From positions 224,001-288,000 of the forward strand of contig CAWFKQ010000007.1 in the NCBI GenBank assembly GCA_963816395.1: a stretch of DNA of 64,000 nt, in the 5' to 3' direction. Numbering within the stretch: position 1 is the stretch's first letter; each line of letters opens with the position of its first letter. Both the position numbers and the translations under genes were made by a program. Origin of the DNA: an uncultured delta proteobacterium. GTDB taxonomy: Bacteria > Desulfobacterota > Desulfuromonadia > Desulfuromonadales > JACZKF01. Below are positions 1 through 10,015 of the stretch, piece after piece. The notes beneath the pieces are model-generated. The model searched no databases. It worked only from the letters and a program-made list of their open reading frames with translations, and had not been told where the DNA came from.

Positions 1-1
1 C

Positions 2-136
2 CTGCTCACGCTGGAACAGGCTCTCGAGTACATCGACGAGGACGAACTGGTCGAAGTAACCCCCAAAACGATCCGCCTGCGGAAAAAACATCTCGATGCG
101 AATCAGCGGAAGCGGCAGGAAAAGAAAACAAAATAA
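2..136 (+). CDS. typA: Translational GTPase TypA/BipA, C-terminal end (partial)
   Basis: Manual translation from base 2: [44 protein letters not shown], the characteristic TypA C-terminus. Confidence 0.93.
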   Translation: MLTLEQALEYIDEDELVEVTPKTIRLRKKHLDANQRKRQEKKTK

Positions 137-166
137 TCGAATTGCCGCCGAAATGATTTTTTTCCG

Positions 167-199
167 AAACCCTGGCTTCCCGCCAGGGTTTTTTCTTTT
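167..199 (+). terminator. Intrinsic terminator after typA
   Basis: AAACCCTGGC-ttccc-GCCAGGGTTT stem followed by T run. Confidence 0.85.
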
Positions 200-382
200 C
201 CGGCCAGTCCCGACACATTACTAAAATGCAATTATCAATGGGAACTGTCCGGAAAGTAGCGCTTTCATCGTTATCCACAAGCAATTGCCAGTGATACCCT
301 GCCGACCGCTAAACAATGGTATACACAATAAAACATAAATATCGTAACATGCTGTTTTATGGGCGTTTTTTCTATTTTTTCC

Positions 383-411
383 TTGCATCGATCTATCCCG
401 ACAGCTATACT
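383..411 (+). promoter_or_regulatory. Sigma70-type promoter of small zinc-ribbon gene
   Basis: TTGCAT-17 bp-TATACT. Confidence 0.6.
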
Positions 412-466
412 CCTCCCAGATTTGGGGAAAATACCCAGATAACTCAATCGCCAGGAGGAAGAAATC

Positions 467-637
467 ATGGAGTGCCCGATCTGCGGCAACCGGCACCACG
501 TGGAAATTGACACCCATTCCGATGGGTTTGCGGAAAATCTGCAGGAGTGCGGCAAGTGCGGCGCCCTGTGGACCAGGAAAGGCGAAAAGGAGATCATCCT
601 TCACTGCTCCAACCGCCGAGCGGTCAGCAACGGCTAA
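467..637 (+). CDS. 56-aa zinc-ribbon microprotein (CxxC...CxxC)
   Basis: AGGAGG SD at 453-458; MECPICGNRHHVEIDTHSDGFAENLQECGKCGALWTRKGEKEIILHCSNRRAVSNG*; below ORF-track cutoff. Confidence 0.8.
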   Translation: MECPICGNRHHVEIDTHSDGFAENLQECGKCGALWTRKGEKEIILHCSNRRAVSNG

Positions 638-709
638 TTTTTGCCGCCGCCCGCACGCGGCGCAGCTTTTCTCCAACCGGCCAGCCCAGCCGGTTTTTAG
701 ACGGAATTC

Positions 710-745
710 ACCGCCGCCGGACATCGCCGGATGGCGGTTTTTTCT
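710..745 (+). terminator. Intrinsic terminator after microprotein gene
   Basis: ACCGCC-GCCGG...CCGG-AT-GGCGGT followed by T run; a second hairpin plus Ts at 675-698. Confidence 0.6.
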
Positions 746-833
746 TCTTTCTCCACCCGTGTGCTGCCCGATCGGAAACCGCACGGGGCGAAGGGCCGTC
801 AACGGCAGTCCTCCGGCAGCCCTGCCAAATTCC

Positions 834-862
834 TTGAAAAACAAGTCGATCCGGATTATATT
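834..862 (+). promoter_or_regulatory. Sigma70-type promoter of amrA
   Basis: TTGAAA-17 bp-TATATT. Confidence 0.55.
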
Positions 863-920
863 GTGGCCGGTTCCGGGGCGCCCGGATTACCTTCCGGTTG
901 TGGTGAATTCAGGAGGTTGC

Positions 921-1477
921 GTGGAAAAAGAGCTTAACCAACACGAAAAGGCCGTTTTGCTGGCCATTGCCCGCAAGGCAATTGAAACCTGCGTCCAGAC
1001 CGATCAGACTATATCGAACCGCGGGAGGAAATGGCGCTCAACCTGCGCAAGGGCTGTTTCGTAACCATCAAGCAGCGCGATCACCTCCGCGGGTGCATCG
1101 GCAATTTCCAATCGGAACTTCCGCTCTTCCGGGAAGTGGCGGAAATGGCTGTCGCCTCGGCCACCAAAGACCCCCGCTTTTACCCGATGAGAGAGGAAGA
1201 TCTGGCGAATTTTACCCTGGAAATTTCCGTGCTCTCTCCTTTGCGGAAAGTGGAAAACATCGAGGAAATAGAGGTCGGTCGGCACGGCATTTACCTGGAG
1301 AAGGGGTATTACCGCGGCGTCCTGCTCCCACAGGTGGCTATTGAGCACGGCTGGGACCGGGAAACCTTCCTCAAACAGACCTGCCTCAAGGCCGGTCTGC
1401 CGACCAATGCCTGGACCGCCGAGGATACCGAAATCTATCTCTTCAGCGCTCAGATCTTCGGAGAAGATAAGGTCTGA
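921..1477 (+). CDS. amrA: AMMECR1-domain protein (AmmeMemoRadiSam protein A), frameshift near 1010
   Basis: SD AGGAGG and GTG at 921 (VEKELNQHEKAVLLAIARKAI); second frame has GCFVTI, LRGCIG, DPRF, EISVLSP, GVLLPQVA motifs. Confidence 0.9.
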
Positions 1478-1501
1478 GGTTCATTTTACTACTCGACCGC
1501 A

Positions 1502-1535
1502 GAAACCCGGGAGCCCCAGCCCCGGGTTTTTTGCT
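1502..1535 (+). terminator. Intrinsic terminator after amrA
   Basis: AAACCCGGG...CCCGGGTTT followed by T run. Confidence 0.75.
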
Positions 1536-1583
1536 TTTCCGACTCGTGCTGGCCCAATCCCCTCCATGCGGTAGACTGGAAGG

Positions 1584-2435
1584 ATGAAAGTCCCGTCCGG
1601 GAAGAGACAAGGGAGTGAGCAACCGGCGCTGCATGAAGAAGAAGTGCGGGATGTGGAGCGCCGGACCGCACCGCGAGCCATCATCGTCCATGAGGCGATC
1701 CGCCACGAAGGGGAGCTGGAGTTGAGGCGCTCCAGTTCAGCCCTCGCCTGGTCTGGTCTTGCCGCCGGACTGTCGATGGGTTTCTCCCTGGTGACCGAAG
1801 GCTTGCTGGTGCAACATCTGCCGGACGCCCCCTGGCGACCGCTCGTGTCCAAGTTCGGCTACAGCATCGGCTTCCTCATTGTCATCCTCGGCCGCCAGCA
1901 GCTATTTACCGAAAATACCCTCACCCCGATTCTTCCCCTCATGCACCGGCCCAGCGCCCTCACCTTGTTGCACGTGATACGCCTGTGGCTAGTCGTACTC
2001 GCCGCTAACCTGTCCGGTGCGCTGCTTTTTGCCTGGGGATTGGTCCATACGGATGTTTTTCCGGCCGAAACCAAGAAGATCTTCATGGTTCTCGGCTATC
2101 AGGCGCTGAAAGGCGATTTCCTGACGGTGCTGTTCAGCGCCGTTTTCGCCGGCTGGCTGATCGCACTCACCATCTGGCTTCTCCCCTTCGCCGAGACCGC
2201 CCGGGTGACCGTAATCATCATCATCACCTACCTGATCGGCCTCGGCGGCTTCCGCCACATTATCGCCGGCTCGGTGGAAACCTTTTATCTGGTCACCACC
2301 GGCGCTATTTCCTGGGGCAGCTACCTGATGGAGTTCTTCGTCCCGACACTGGCCGGCAATCTCATTGGAGGGATCGCCCTGGTTGCGGCAGTCAACCACG
2401 CGCAGGTTGTCGCCGGGGGTGACTTGCCGAAATAA
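1584..2435 (+). CDS. Formate/nitrite transporter family protein (YfdC-like)
   Basis: Multiple TM helices; QLFTENT, HIIAGS, PTLAGNLIGG motifs. Confidence 0.88.
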   Translation: MKVPSGKRQGSEQPALHEEEVRDVERRTAPRAIIVHEAIRHEGELELRRSSSALAWSGLAAGLSMGFSLVTEGLLVQHLPDAPWRPLVSKFGYSIGFLIVILGRQQLFTENTLTPILPLMHRPSALTLLHVIRLWLVVLAANLSGALLFAWGLVHTDVFPAETKKIFMVLGYQALKGDFLTVLFSAVFAGWLIALTIWLLPFAETARVTVIIIITYLIGLGGFRHIIAGSVETFYLVTTGAISWGSYLMEFFVPTLAGNLIGGIALVAAVNHAQVVAGGDLPK

Positions 2436-2577
2436 ACCCGACTCCTCTCAGCCGCATGCCCGGAATCGAACCCTCGGGCTGGGATCTGAAGAAAAGAAAA
2501 AGAGGGGAACCGGGAGCTGCCATGCCCCGCCCCCAGGGCGCGGGGGCCATTGGCGGGACGCCGAGAAAGGGGACCTC

Positions 2578-3018
2578 ATGTTGAAAATGCTGATCCGCAC
2601 CGACAACGGCATCACCCAGCTGGTTCTGCGGCTTTTCCTAGGCGCAATCATGTTCCCGCACGGAGCGCAGAAGGCATTGGGATGGTTCGGCGGACACGGG
2701 TTTACCGCCACCGTCCATTACTTCACTCAATCGATGGCCTTGCCTACGGCCTTGGCCGTACTGGTCATCATCGCGGAGTTCGGCGGGTCGATCGGCCTCA
2801 TTTTCGGCTTTCTCACCCGCCTGGCCGCATTCGGCATAGGCTCTGTCATGGTCGGGGCGATCGTGACCGTGAATTACCGTAACGGGTTTTTTATGAACTG
2901 GACCGGTAATCAGGCGGGAGAAGGATTCGAATTCCACCTGCTGGCGATTGCCATCGCCCTCGCCCTGATCATCAAAGGAGGCGGCGCCGCCTCAATAGAC
3001 CGAAAGCTGATGCGGTAA
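2578..3018 (+). CDS. DoxX family membrane protein
   Basis: LRLFLG..FPHGAQK, GFLTRLAA, GEGFEFHLL, SID motifs; start at ATG 2578. Confidence 0.9.
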   Translation: MLKMLIRTDNGITQLVLRLFLGAIMFPHGAQKALGWFGGHGFTATVHYFTQSMALPTALAVLVIIAEFGGSIGLIFGFLTRLAAFGIGSVMVGAIVTVNYRNGFFMNWTGNQAGEGFEFHLLAIAIALALIIKGGGAASIDRKLMR

Positions 3019-3087
3019 AACGGTGAGATAAATGGATGTGACGAGAGGAGGATAGACTTACTACCCGACTGCCTTACGGAGACCGCC

Positions 3088-3786
3088 ATGATCACGATTC
3101 GCCCTTCCGCCGAGCGTGGGCATTTTCACGCCGACTGGCTCGACAGCCGCCACACCTTCTCCTTTGACACCTACCATGACCCGCACCACATGGGCTTCCG
3201 CGCCCTGCGGGTGATCAATGAGGACCGGGTGCGGGCCAGGTACGGTTTTCCCCTGCACCGGCATGAGAACATGGAGGTCATCACCGTGATCATTTCCGGG
3301 CAGCTGCAGCACGAGGACGACCTCGGCCATGGATCGACAATCGGTCCATGGGAAGTCCAGCGCTTCTCGGCAGGAACGGGCATCCGCCACAGCGAGTACA
3401 ATCCCTCGGCAACCGAGGAAGTCCATCTGCTGCAGATCTGGATCCTCCCCGAACGCCAGGGGCTGCCTCCCGGATATGAGCAGAAGCGTTTCGCGCCGAA
3501 GGAATTTCAGGGGCGTCTGCGGGCGATTGCCTCTCAGGACGGCCGCGAGGGGTCTCTCCTCCTCCACCAGGCTGCAGACCTGCTCCGCGCCGAGATGTCC
3601 GCTGGCCAGGCGCTGGACTATTCGGTGGCGACGGATCGCCACGCCTGGCTGCAGGTGATTTCCGGCTCCCTGGAGCTGAACGGGAGGTCGCTGACCGCCG
3701 GAGACGGGGCGGCGGTCAGCGGCGAGCGCGGCCTGCGCCTGGAAGCGACCGCGGACACCTCGCTGCTCCTGTTCGACCTGGCGTGA
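3088..3786 (+). CDS. Pirin family protein (YhhW-like)
   Basis: WLDSRHTFSF, LRVINED, HxHxxMEV, AGTGIRHSE cupin metal motifs. Confidence 0.93.
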   Translation: MITIRPSAERGHFHADWLDSRHTFSFDTYHDPHHMGFRALRVINEDRVRARYGFPLHRHENMEVITVIISGQLQHEDDLGHGSTIGPWEVQRFSAGTGIRHSEYNPSATEEVHLLQIWILPERQGLPPGYEQKRFAPKEFQGRLRAIASQDGREGSLLLHQAADLLRAEMSAGQALDYSVATDRHAWLQVISGSLELNGRSLTAGDGAAVSGERGLRLEATADTSLLLFDLA

Positions 3787-3809
3787 AACTACCGTTGGAG
3801 TTCGTCGGT

Positions 3810-4847
3810 TCAAGGGCTCTGCGGCGGGGCAGCAACCTTCCCTTCCAGATTCTTCCCGATCGCCCGATCGGCAAGGCGCGTGAGAAAGGCGGGGAGCGCC
3901 GGTGAGCGGCTTTCCCATCCCGATTTCAGCTGATGACCACCGCTTGCCGCCGCCCCCGGGAGGAGACGAACGGCAAGGTTCTGACCGGCGGCGGCCAAGC
4001 CCGGGAAAAGGGCATTCACGAAATGCAGCAGGCGGGCCTGCGGCGTGATGATCAGGCGCGGACGGCCCAAGCGGCAGGCCGCCAGAATCTGGCGGGCCGC
4101 CCGCCGGGCGCTGGTCGAAAATAAAGGCAGCGCGGCCGATACTGCGAACCAGGCGAATTCTTTCTCGTGCTGTCCCTTGAAACGGGCATTCACATGCGAT
4201 CCGGTACGCATCAGCCCCGGCGCCACGGTGGTAACGCGGATGCCGGACTGGGCAAGTTCCGCCCGCAGGCCATCGGAGAGCCCCACCAGGGCGAACTTGC
4301 TCATGCTGTAGGGGAGCAGGTGGGGAACGGCGATCAGGCCGCCGATCGAAGCGATGTTGACGATCCTCCCGCTGCCCTGCCGCCTCATCGCCGGCGTCGC
4401 CGCCCTTATCAGGTAGAGCGCCCCCCAGGCATGCACGGCCATCGCCTGCTCGAAGTCCTCGAGTTCCAGGTGAGCCAGCGGCCCCACCTGAATAATGCCC
4501 GCGTTGTTGATAAGGACATCGAGGCGACCGCGCTTCTCCAAGACGAAATCGATGGCGGCCTCGGCCGCCTGGCGATTCCCGACATCGCAGGCCCGGACCA
4601 GCACGTCCGCCTCCAGCGCCTTGATTTCCAGGCGGGCTGCGGCGAGTTCATCCCGATCTCTCGCCAGCAGGGTCAGCCTGGCCCCTTCGGCGGCGAAAAG
4701 GCGGGCGAGTTCCAGCCCGAGTCCGCGTGAGCCGCCGGTAATCACTACTGAAGCGCCGCGAAAATCAATTCGGCGCCGACGCCGCCAGGCCAGCAGGACC
4801 GTGGCGGCAACCATCCCCGGGAGAATGATCTTCCCTGAGTCCGCCAT
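3810..4847 (-). CDS. Short-chain dehydrogenase/reductase
   Basis: TGGSRGLG, NNAG, YSMSK catalytic motif. Confidence 0.92.
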   Translation of the reverse strand: MADSGKIILPGMVAATVLLAWRRRRRIDFRGASVVITGGSRGLGLELARLFAAEGARLTLLARDRDELAAARLEIKALEADVLVRACDVGNRQAAEAAIDFVLEKRGRLDVLINNAGIIQVGPLAHLELEDFEQAMAVHAWGALYLIRAATPAMRRQGSGRIVNIASIGGLIAVPHLLPYSMSKFALVGLSDGLRAELAQSGIRVTTVAPGLMRTGSHVNARFKGQHEKEFAWFAVSAALPLFSTSARRAARQILAACRLGRPRLIITPQARLLHFVNALFPGLAAAGQNLAVRLLPGAAASGGHQLKSGWESRSPALPAFLTRLADRAIGKNLEGKVAAPPQSP

Positions 4848-6028
4848 CAGTGCACCGTCCCCGGGCGCAGCACGACCTTCAGGCAGTGGTCCTCCTTGTT
4901 CTTGAACATCTCATATCCCTGCGGAGCTTCCTCCAGAGAGAACTGGTGGCTGATGACGGCCGCAGGATCGATCTCGCGCTTTTCAATGCGCGCCAGCAAT
5001 TCCGGCAGATACTTCTGCACATGCGTCTGCCCCATGCGGAAAGTCAGCGCCTTGCCAAAGGCGGCGCCGAAATTGACCTTGTCGATCACTCCCCCATAAA
5101 CGCCGGGAATCGACACCGTCCCGCCCTTCCCGCAGGCCTGAATCGCCTGCCGCAGGGCCGTCGGCCGGTCGGTCTGCATCCGCACCGTCTGCAGCACCTG
5201 GTCGAGCTTACCAAAGAACCCAAATCCGTGGGCCTCCATGCCGACCGCATCGATGCACGCCTCGGGGCCGCGGCCGCCGGTCAGTTCCTTGAGCTCTTCG
5301 AAAATATCCGTCTCCTCGAAGTTCAGTGCCACCACCTCGCCGGCTGCGCGGGCCAGCTCCAGCCGCTCCGGCAAACGATCGATGGCGATAACCCGGGCCG
5401 CCCCGAGCAAGAGGGCGCTGCGGATAGCGAACTGGCCGACCGGCCCGCACCCCCAGACGGCAATTATCGCCCCCGGCTCGATGGCACAGTTGACCGCAGC
5501 CTGCCAGCCCGTCGGCAGGATGTCCGAGAGAAAGAGGACCTGCTCATCGGAGAGATTTTCGGGGATCTTGATCGGGCCGACATCCGCGTACGGCACCCGT
5601 GCATACTCGGCTTGCCCGCCGGCATAACCGCCCAGCATGTGGGAGTAGCCGAAAAGGCCGGCGCCGGAATAGCCGTACATCTTCTCGGCTATCCAGGCAT
5701 TGGGATTGGAGTTGTCGCAGAGGGAATATTCCTGCCGCCTACAGAAATGGCAGCGGCCGCAGGCAATGGGAAAGGGAACGACGACCCGATCGCCCTTCTG
5801 CAGGTTTTTCACTCCCGAGCCCACCTCCACCACCTCGCCCATGAACTCATGGCCGAGGATATCCCCCTTCTGCATGGTCGGGATGTAGCCGTCGTAGAGA
5901 TGCAGGTCGGAGCCGCAGATCGCGGTCAGAGTGATCCTGACGATGGCGTCACGCGGATTGAGAATCTTCGGTTCGGGAACGTTTTCCACCCGTACATCGT
6001 GCGCGCCGTACCAGCATAAGGCTTTCAT
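4847..6028 (-). CDS. Zn-dependent alcohol dehydrogenase, formaldehyde-dehydrogenase-like
   Basis: ICGSDLH, GHEFMG, CGRCHFC..C structural Zn site, GCGPVG. Confidence 0.93.
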   Translation of the reverse strand: MKALCWYGAHDVRVENVPEPKILNPRDAIVRITLTAICGSDLHLYDGYIPTMQKGDILGHEFMGEVVEVGSGVKNLQKGDRVVVPFPIACGRCHFCRRQEYSLCDNSNPNAWIAEKMYGYSGAGLFGYSHMLGGYAGGQAEYARVPYADVGPIKIPENLSDEQVLFLSDILPTGWQAAVNCAIEPGAIIAVWGCGPVGQFAIRSALLLGAARVIAIDRLPERLELARAAGEVVALNFEETDIFEELKELTGGRGPEACIDAVGMEAHGFGFFGKLDQVLQTVRMQTDRPTALRQAIQACGKGGTVSIPGVYGGVIDKVNFGAAFGKALTFRMGQTHVQKYLPELLARIEKREIDPAAVISHQFSLEEAPQGYEMFKNKEDHCLKVVLRPGTVH

Positions 6029-6086
6029 GGTGTCCTTTCCATGGCCTCCGGGAGAACTCCAGGATTCGGCGATGATCCGGTGCCAC

Positions 6087-6815
6087 TCAAAGTCCTTTCG
6101 GCTGCCCCTCCACGGTCGGGATCTCGCCGGCCTCCATCAGGCTCTTGAAGCGACGGACATCCTCCCGCACCAATTGGGAAAAAGCCGGATTCAACAGGCT
6201 TGCTGCGGCAGCGCCAAGGATTCCCCCCGGCGGCTGATAGCTCAGATCCACCCGCACCACCGTGCCCCGGGCGCCAGAGGCATCGGCAAACTGCACCCGG
6301 CCGGCCGTTTCGATATCGGCGCCCGGCAGGGAGCGCCAGGCGATCAACTCTCCCGGCCGGTTTTCGGTCAGTTCCGCTTCCCAGGTGACGGTACCAAGAT
6401 TCCGGGGCGCACTCGCCTGCCATACCGATACATTGCCATCCAGTTTCCGGACCGACTCCAGATGGCGCATGAACCGGGGAAGATTCTCCACCTCCTGCCA
6501 GAACTGGTAGAGCTCTTCCCGCGGTCGGCTGACGGTGACCGCCTCGACAATGCGGATGGGGGAGATCTGGTCGCTCCGCTCGGCTGTGTCGATACCCAGA
6601 GAGGCATAGGCCGGGCAGTGTCCGGTCGTCCCCCTGTAGAGCAGGGCGCCGCCGGTGGCGGCCAGGGCGAGGCCCGCGATGGAACGCCGTCCAAGGCCGT
6701 ATGCCGTCAGTAATCCCCCGCCGAGAATGGAGAGCCAGCGTTCCTCGACGCCTACATTGACCATGGGGTCGGCGGCTGTTGATTTCTGGGAAAATTCAGT
6801 GGTTGCATTGGTCAT
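6087..6815 (-). CDS. SRPBCC (cyclase/dehydrase) protein with N-terminal DUF2892-like membrane segment
   Basis: NVGVEER..GG..GHCPAY N-terminus; [36 protein letters not shown] before ATG 6815. Confidence 0.88.
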   Translation of the reverse strand: MTNATTEFSQKSTAADPMVNVGVEERWLSILGGGLLTAYGLGRRSIAGLALAATGGALLYRGTTGHCPAYASLGIDTAERSDQISPIRIVEAVTVSRPREELYQFWQEVENLPRFMRHLESVRKLDGNVSVWQASAPRNLGTVTWEAELTENRPGELIAWRSLPGADIETAGRVQFADASGARGTVVRVDLSYQPPGGILGAAAASLLNPAFSQLVREDVRRFKSLMEAGEIPTVEGQPKGL

Positions 6816-7138
6816 GGCGGCGCCTCCCTTTGCCGGCAGCGGGGCCAGAGATAGTAACGTTTCTGCCGCCAGCATACCTCTCCTGCACCGCCTGTCAAAT
6901 TCTGTTTTTCTTTATTTTCCGGTTACTTGAATTCGTTAAAGCGAGGAATCCCCTCAGGGTCGCCGGCGACTTTGGATACATGCTGGGCAAGTTTTTGCAA
7001 GGGAATAGTGGAAAAGTGACCGGCACCGATTCCGGCCAGGAAGAGGATTCGGCTGGAGAACGCAGTCGGCAATCACAAGCGCATCGCCGTGGCGCTTTCC
7101 GCGATGCGGAGACAGGTCAGGAGCAGCAAAAACTCGTG

Positions 7139-7345
7139 TTACAGGATGATATGAACGAGGACGTTGACGAACAAAGTCACCACGACTCCGCATAGAAAGG
7201 AAACAAGGACGGTGAGAATTGGTACCGTTTTATCATGGACCTTGTTCATCTTCCGGTGATTAAAAGCGGATGCCAGAAAGATGAAAAACAAAAATCCTGC
7301 CAAAAGGGAAAATGACCATGGCTGGCTCTGCATGAAACTATACAC
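7139..7345 (-). CDS. Small two-TM membrane protein, hypothetical
   Basis: SD AAGGAGG before GTG; two hydrophobic segments in 68 aa. Confidence 0.6.
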   Translation of the reverse strand: MYSFMQSQPWSFSLLAGFLFFIFLASAFNHRKMNKVHDKTVPILTVLVSFLCGVVVTLFVNVLVHIIL

Positions 7346-7625
7346 GGGAATCCTCCTTATTCCGTAACAGTAATATTCTCCACACCCTGATTAGACGAAG
7401 ACCCTTGACGAAAATCCCGGCGGCAACAGGATCCATTCGTTCTGGACCGCACGCGGAATTCCCGGCACCGGATAGCCCGGAAATGACCGGGTGGCTATTT
7501 TTTACCTATTATAATTTATTTTTTCAAACTTTTCTCCCACTTTCTTGCCAAACCTTTATCCCACGTTATCGTTTTCTGCACCAAGACTCTCCGGTTAACC
7601 TATCTACCCCTGTTGGGGAGAAGCT

Positions 7626-7823
7626 GTACCCGAACTACCTGATGTGAACATCTTCAAGCAGTACTTCGATGCCACCTCGCTGCACAAGGAAATTGCCGAG
7701 GTGGAGGCTGGCCGAACGCTCCCGCACATTCACCGGCATCACTCCGGCCCGCGCTGCGGCGGTGAAATCAAGCGGCAGTCCATCGGCGACCGCAGCGCCT
7801 ATCAGTCAAAGCACCAGAGATGA
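7626..7823 (+). pseudogene. Fpg/Nei (MutM-like) DNA glycosylase remnant, internally deleted
   Basis: Frame reads (V)PELPDVNIFKQYFDATSLHKEIAEVE...GPRCGGEIKRQSIGDRSAYQSKHQR*: Fpg N-terminal PELP motif joined to a decayed C-terminal zinc finger; GTA where the start codon should be. Confidence 0.8.
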
Positions 7824-7949
7824 AGCCGCCACCATCTCCCTTGATACCAAACACTTTTTGCATTTCTCTGAAAGTATTATAATATTTTAGCTATTCATTT
7901 CCGCCAGCTCGCTAAACCGGTCCATTCCGGTCGAGCAAAAGGATCAGTC

Positions 7950-8811
7950 ATGGCAGCACGCCCCTCATGGACCGGCAATTTAAAGCTTTCTCTGATCACC
8001 GTGCCGATCCGTATGTACCGAGCGGTCAGCAGCACCGCCAGGACCAGCCTGAACATGTTGCACGAGGGCTGCAACCAGCGCATCCATTACCAGTACACCT
8101 GTCCAGTGCATGGAGAGGTGGACAAGGACGATATCGTCAAGGGTTTCCAGTATGAAAAGGGGAAGTATGTGGTGCTGGATGAGGAAACCCTGGACAAGCG
8201 TAAAGGTGGAGACAAGCAGGACGCTGGAGATCGTGCAGTTCGTCGCCGAAGAGGACCTCGACCCGGTCTACTACGATATCCCCTATTATCTGGCGCCGGA
8301 CGGCCCGGTAGCGGAGGAGGCCTTCCGCGTCCTGCGGGAGGCCATGCGCCGGACGGGCAAAGCGGCCATCGGGCGGGTAACCATGGCCGGACACGAGCAT
8401 ATCGTGGCGATCCGCCCGAAAAACAGGGGCTTGCTGCTCACCACCCTCCATTATGGCCGGGAGGTGCGTAGCGCCGCCCCTTATTTTGCTGAAATCAAGG
8501 AAGAGGAGGTTAAAGAAGAAGAACTGGACCTCGCCCGCCAGTTGATCGAGAACAAGTCGAAGGCCTTCGATCCTGCCGCCTTTCGGGACCGGTATGAAGA
8601 GGCCTTGGCGCAGGCGATCGAGGCCAGGATCCAGGGGCGGGAGCCGGAAGTCGTACAGGTGGAGGAGCCCGGGAAGGTGGTCGATTTCATGGAGGCGCTC
8701 AAGCGCAGTCTTGCCGCTGAAACAGGAGGCCGTCAGGCTCGCCGCAAGCCCCCCGCCGAGAGCGTCCGGCGCTCCCCGGCCAGGAACCGACAGAAGAAGG
8801 GGGGGGGCTGA
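7950..8811 (+). CDS. ku: Non-homologous end-joining protein Ku, frameshift near 8197
   Basis: RPSWTGNLKLSLITVPIRMY, IVKGFQYEKGKYV, PYYLAP, FRDRYEEAL, VVDFMEALKRSL plus basic C-terminal tail. Confidence 0.95.
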
Positions 8812-10012
8812 TGGGCGGATCGGAATCCGGCAGCATGGTGAGTCGGGTGGCGACGGAGCGACCACTCGCTGGCCAGCGGGTCGCCTTCACCGGCCGCCTC
8901 GCCGTCATGGACCGCCGGCAGGCCAAGCGCCTGGTGCAGGATGCCGGGGGCCTAGCAATGGAGCATCTCTCCCGCCGCACCTCCCTGCTGGTGGTGGGAT
9001 TGCAGGGATGGCCGGTGCTGCCCGACGGCTCGATCAGTCGCAAGCTGGAGCAGGCGGAAAAGATGGTGAATCAGGGGCATTCGCTGGAAATCGTCTCAGA
9101 GGAGGTTTTTCTGCAACGGCTGGGGCTGCGCCCCGTCCGGCGCACCGGCTTGCAGACCTGCAGCCTGCAGCAGGCCGCCTGCATTCTCGGCACGGAGGAA
9201 GGACGTGATTCGTCGCTGCGGGCTGTTCGGGCTGGTGCGTACTGAGGGCGATGTTCTCGATTTTAAGGATCTGGTCTCCCTGCGTTCACTTCTGCGGTTG
9301 GTGCGGGGAGGAATGACTCCGTACGCCATCGCTCGTGGTCTGAGCCGGCTCTCCCCGCATCTGCCCGAGGTCGATCAGCCCCTGGCGCAAATACGCCTGA
9401 TCGCCGGGGAAGGAGGCGATCTGCTGGCGGAATTGCAGGGGGTCCGGATGGATGCCCGAGGTCAGTTTTTTCTTGATTTTTCGGGGGGAGGCCCGCCTCA
9501 GCCAGCCCCGCCGTTGCGCCTGGCGCGACCGCAACAGCCGGCCGCGGAAGATCCCTGCCACTGGTTCGACCGGGCGCTTGAATGTGAAGATGATGGCGAT
9601 CCGGAGGGAGCGCAGCAGGGTTACCGGCGAGCGCTGGCAATTGACTCCGCAGTTCGTCGAAGCCCGCTATAATCTGGCCAATCTGCTGCTGCGCGGCGAT
9701 GCCCCGGCGGCGGCGGCAGCCCATTACCGGATCGCGCTGCAGCAGGAACCGGATTTAGCCTGCGCCTGGTATAATCTGGCCTATGCCTTGGCCGAACAGG
9801 GACTGTTCGAGGAGGCTGCGAACGCCCTGACCCGCGCTCTGGGAATTCTCCCCGCCAACCCCGACGCCCATTTCAACCTGGCCCTCTGCTACGAAGAACT
9901 CGACCGCCACCAGGAGGCGATTCACCACTGGCAGGCATTTCTCCGCCTCGCCCCGACCGGCGAATGGGCAGAAATAGCCCGTTGCCACCTGCGTTTTACC
10001 GACGTGAATTGA
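8811..10012 (+). CDS. BRCT + MerR-like HTH + TPR-repeat protein (~400 aa; frameshifts near 9200 and 9645)
   Basis: Three consecutive ORF pieces: LAGQRVAFTGRL..MDRRQAKRLV..AGG..SRRTSLLVVG..KL..A..IVSEEVF (BRCT); SLQQAACILG..IRR..GLV..DFKDLVSLR (MerR-like); WFDRAL, YNLAN, WYNLAY, AHFNLAL (TPRs). Start overlaps the ku stop (TGATG). Confidence 0.85.
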
Positions 10013-10015
10013 CGC

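Noticed and set aside
240..420. AT-rich tract with a DnaA box as oriC
   Set aside because: Only one box; no dnaA, dnaN or gidA context
7950..8811. Ku as a phage Gam-like or prophage gene
   Set aside because: Has the bacterial Ku C-terminal motif and basic tail; no phage genes nearby
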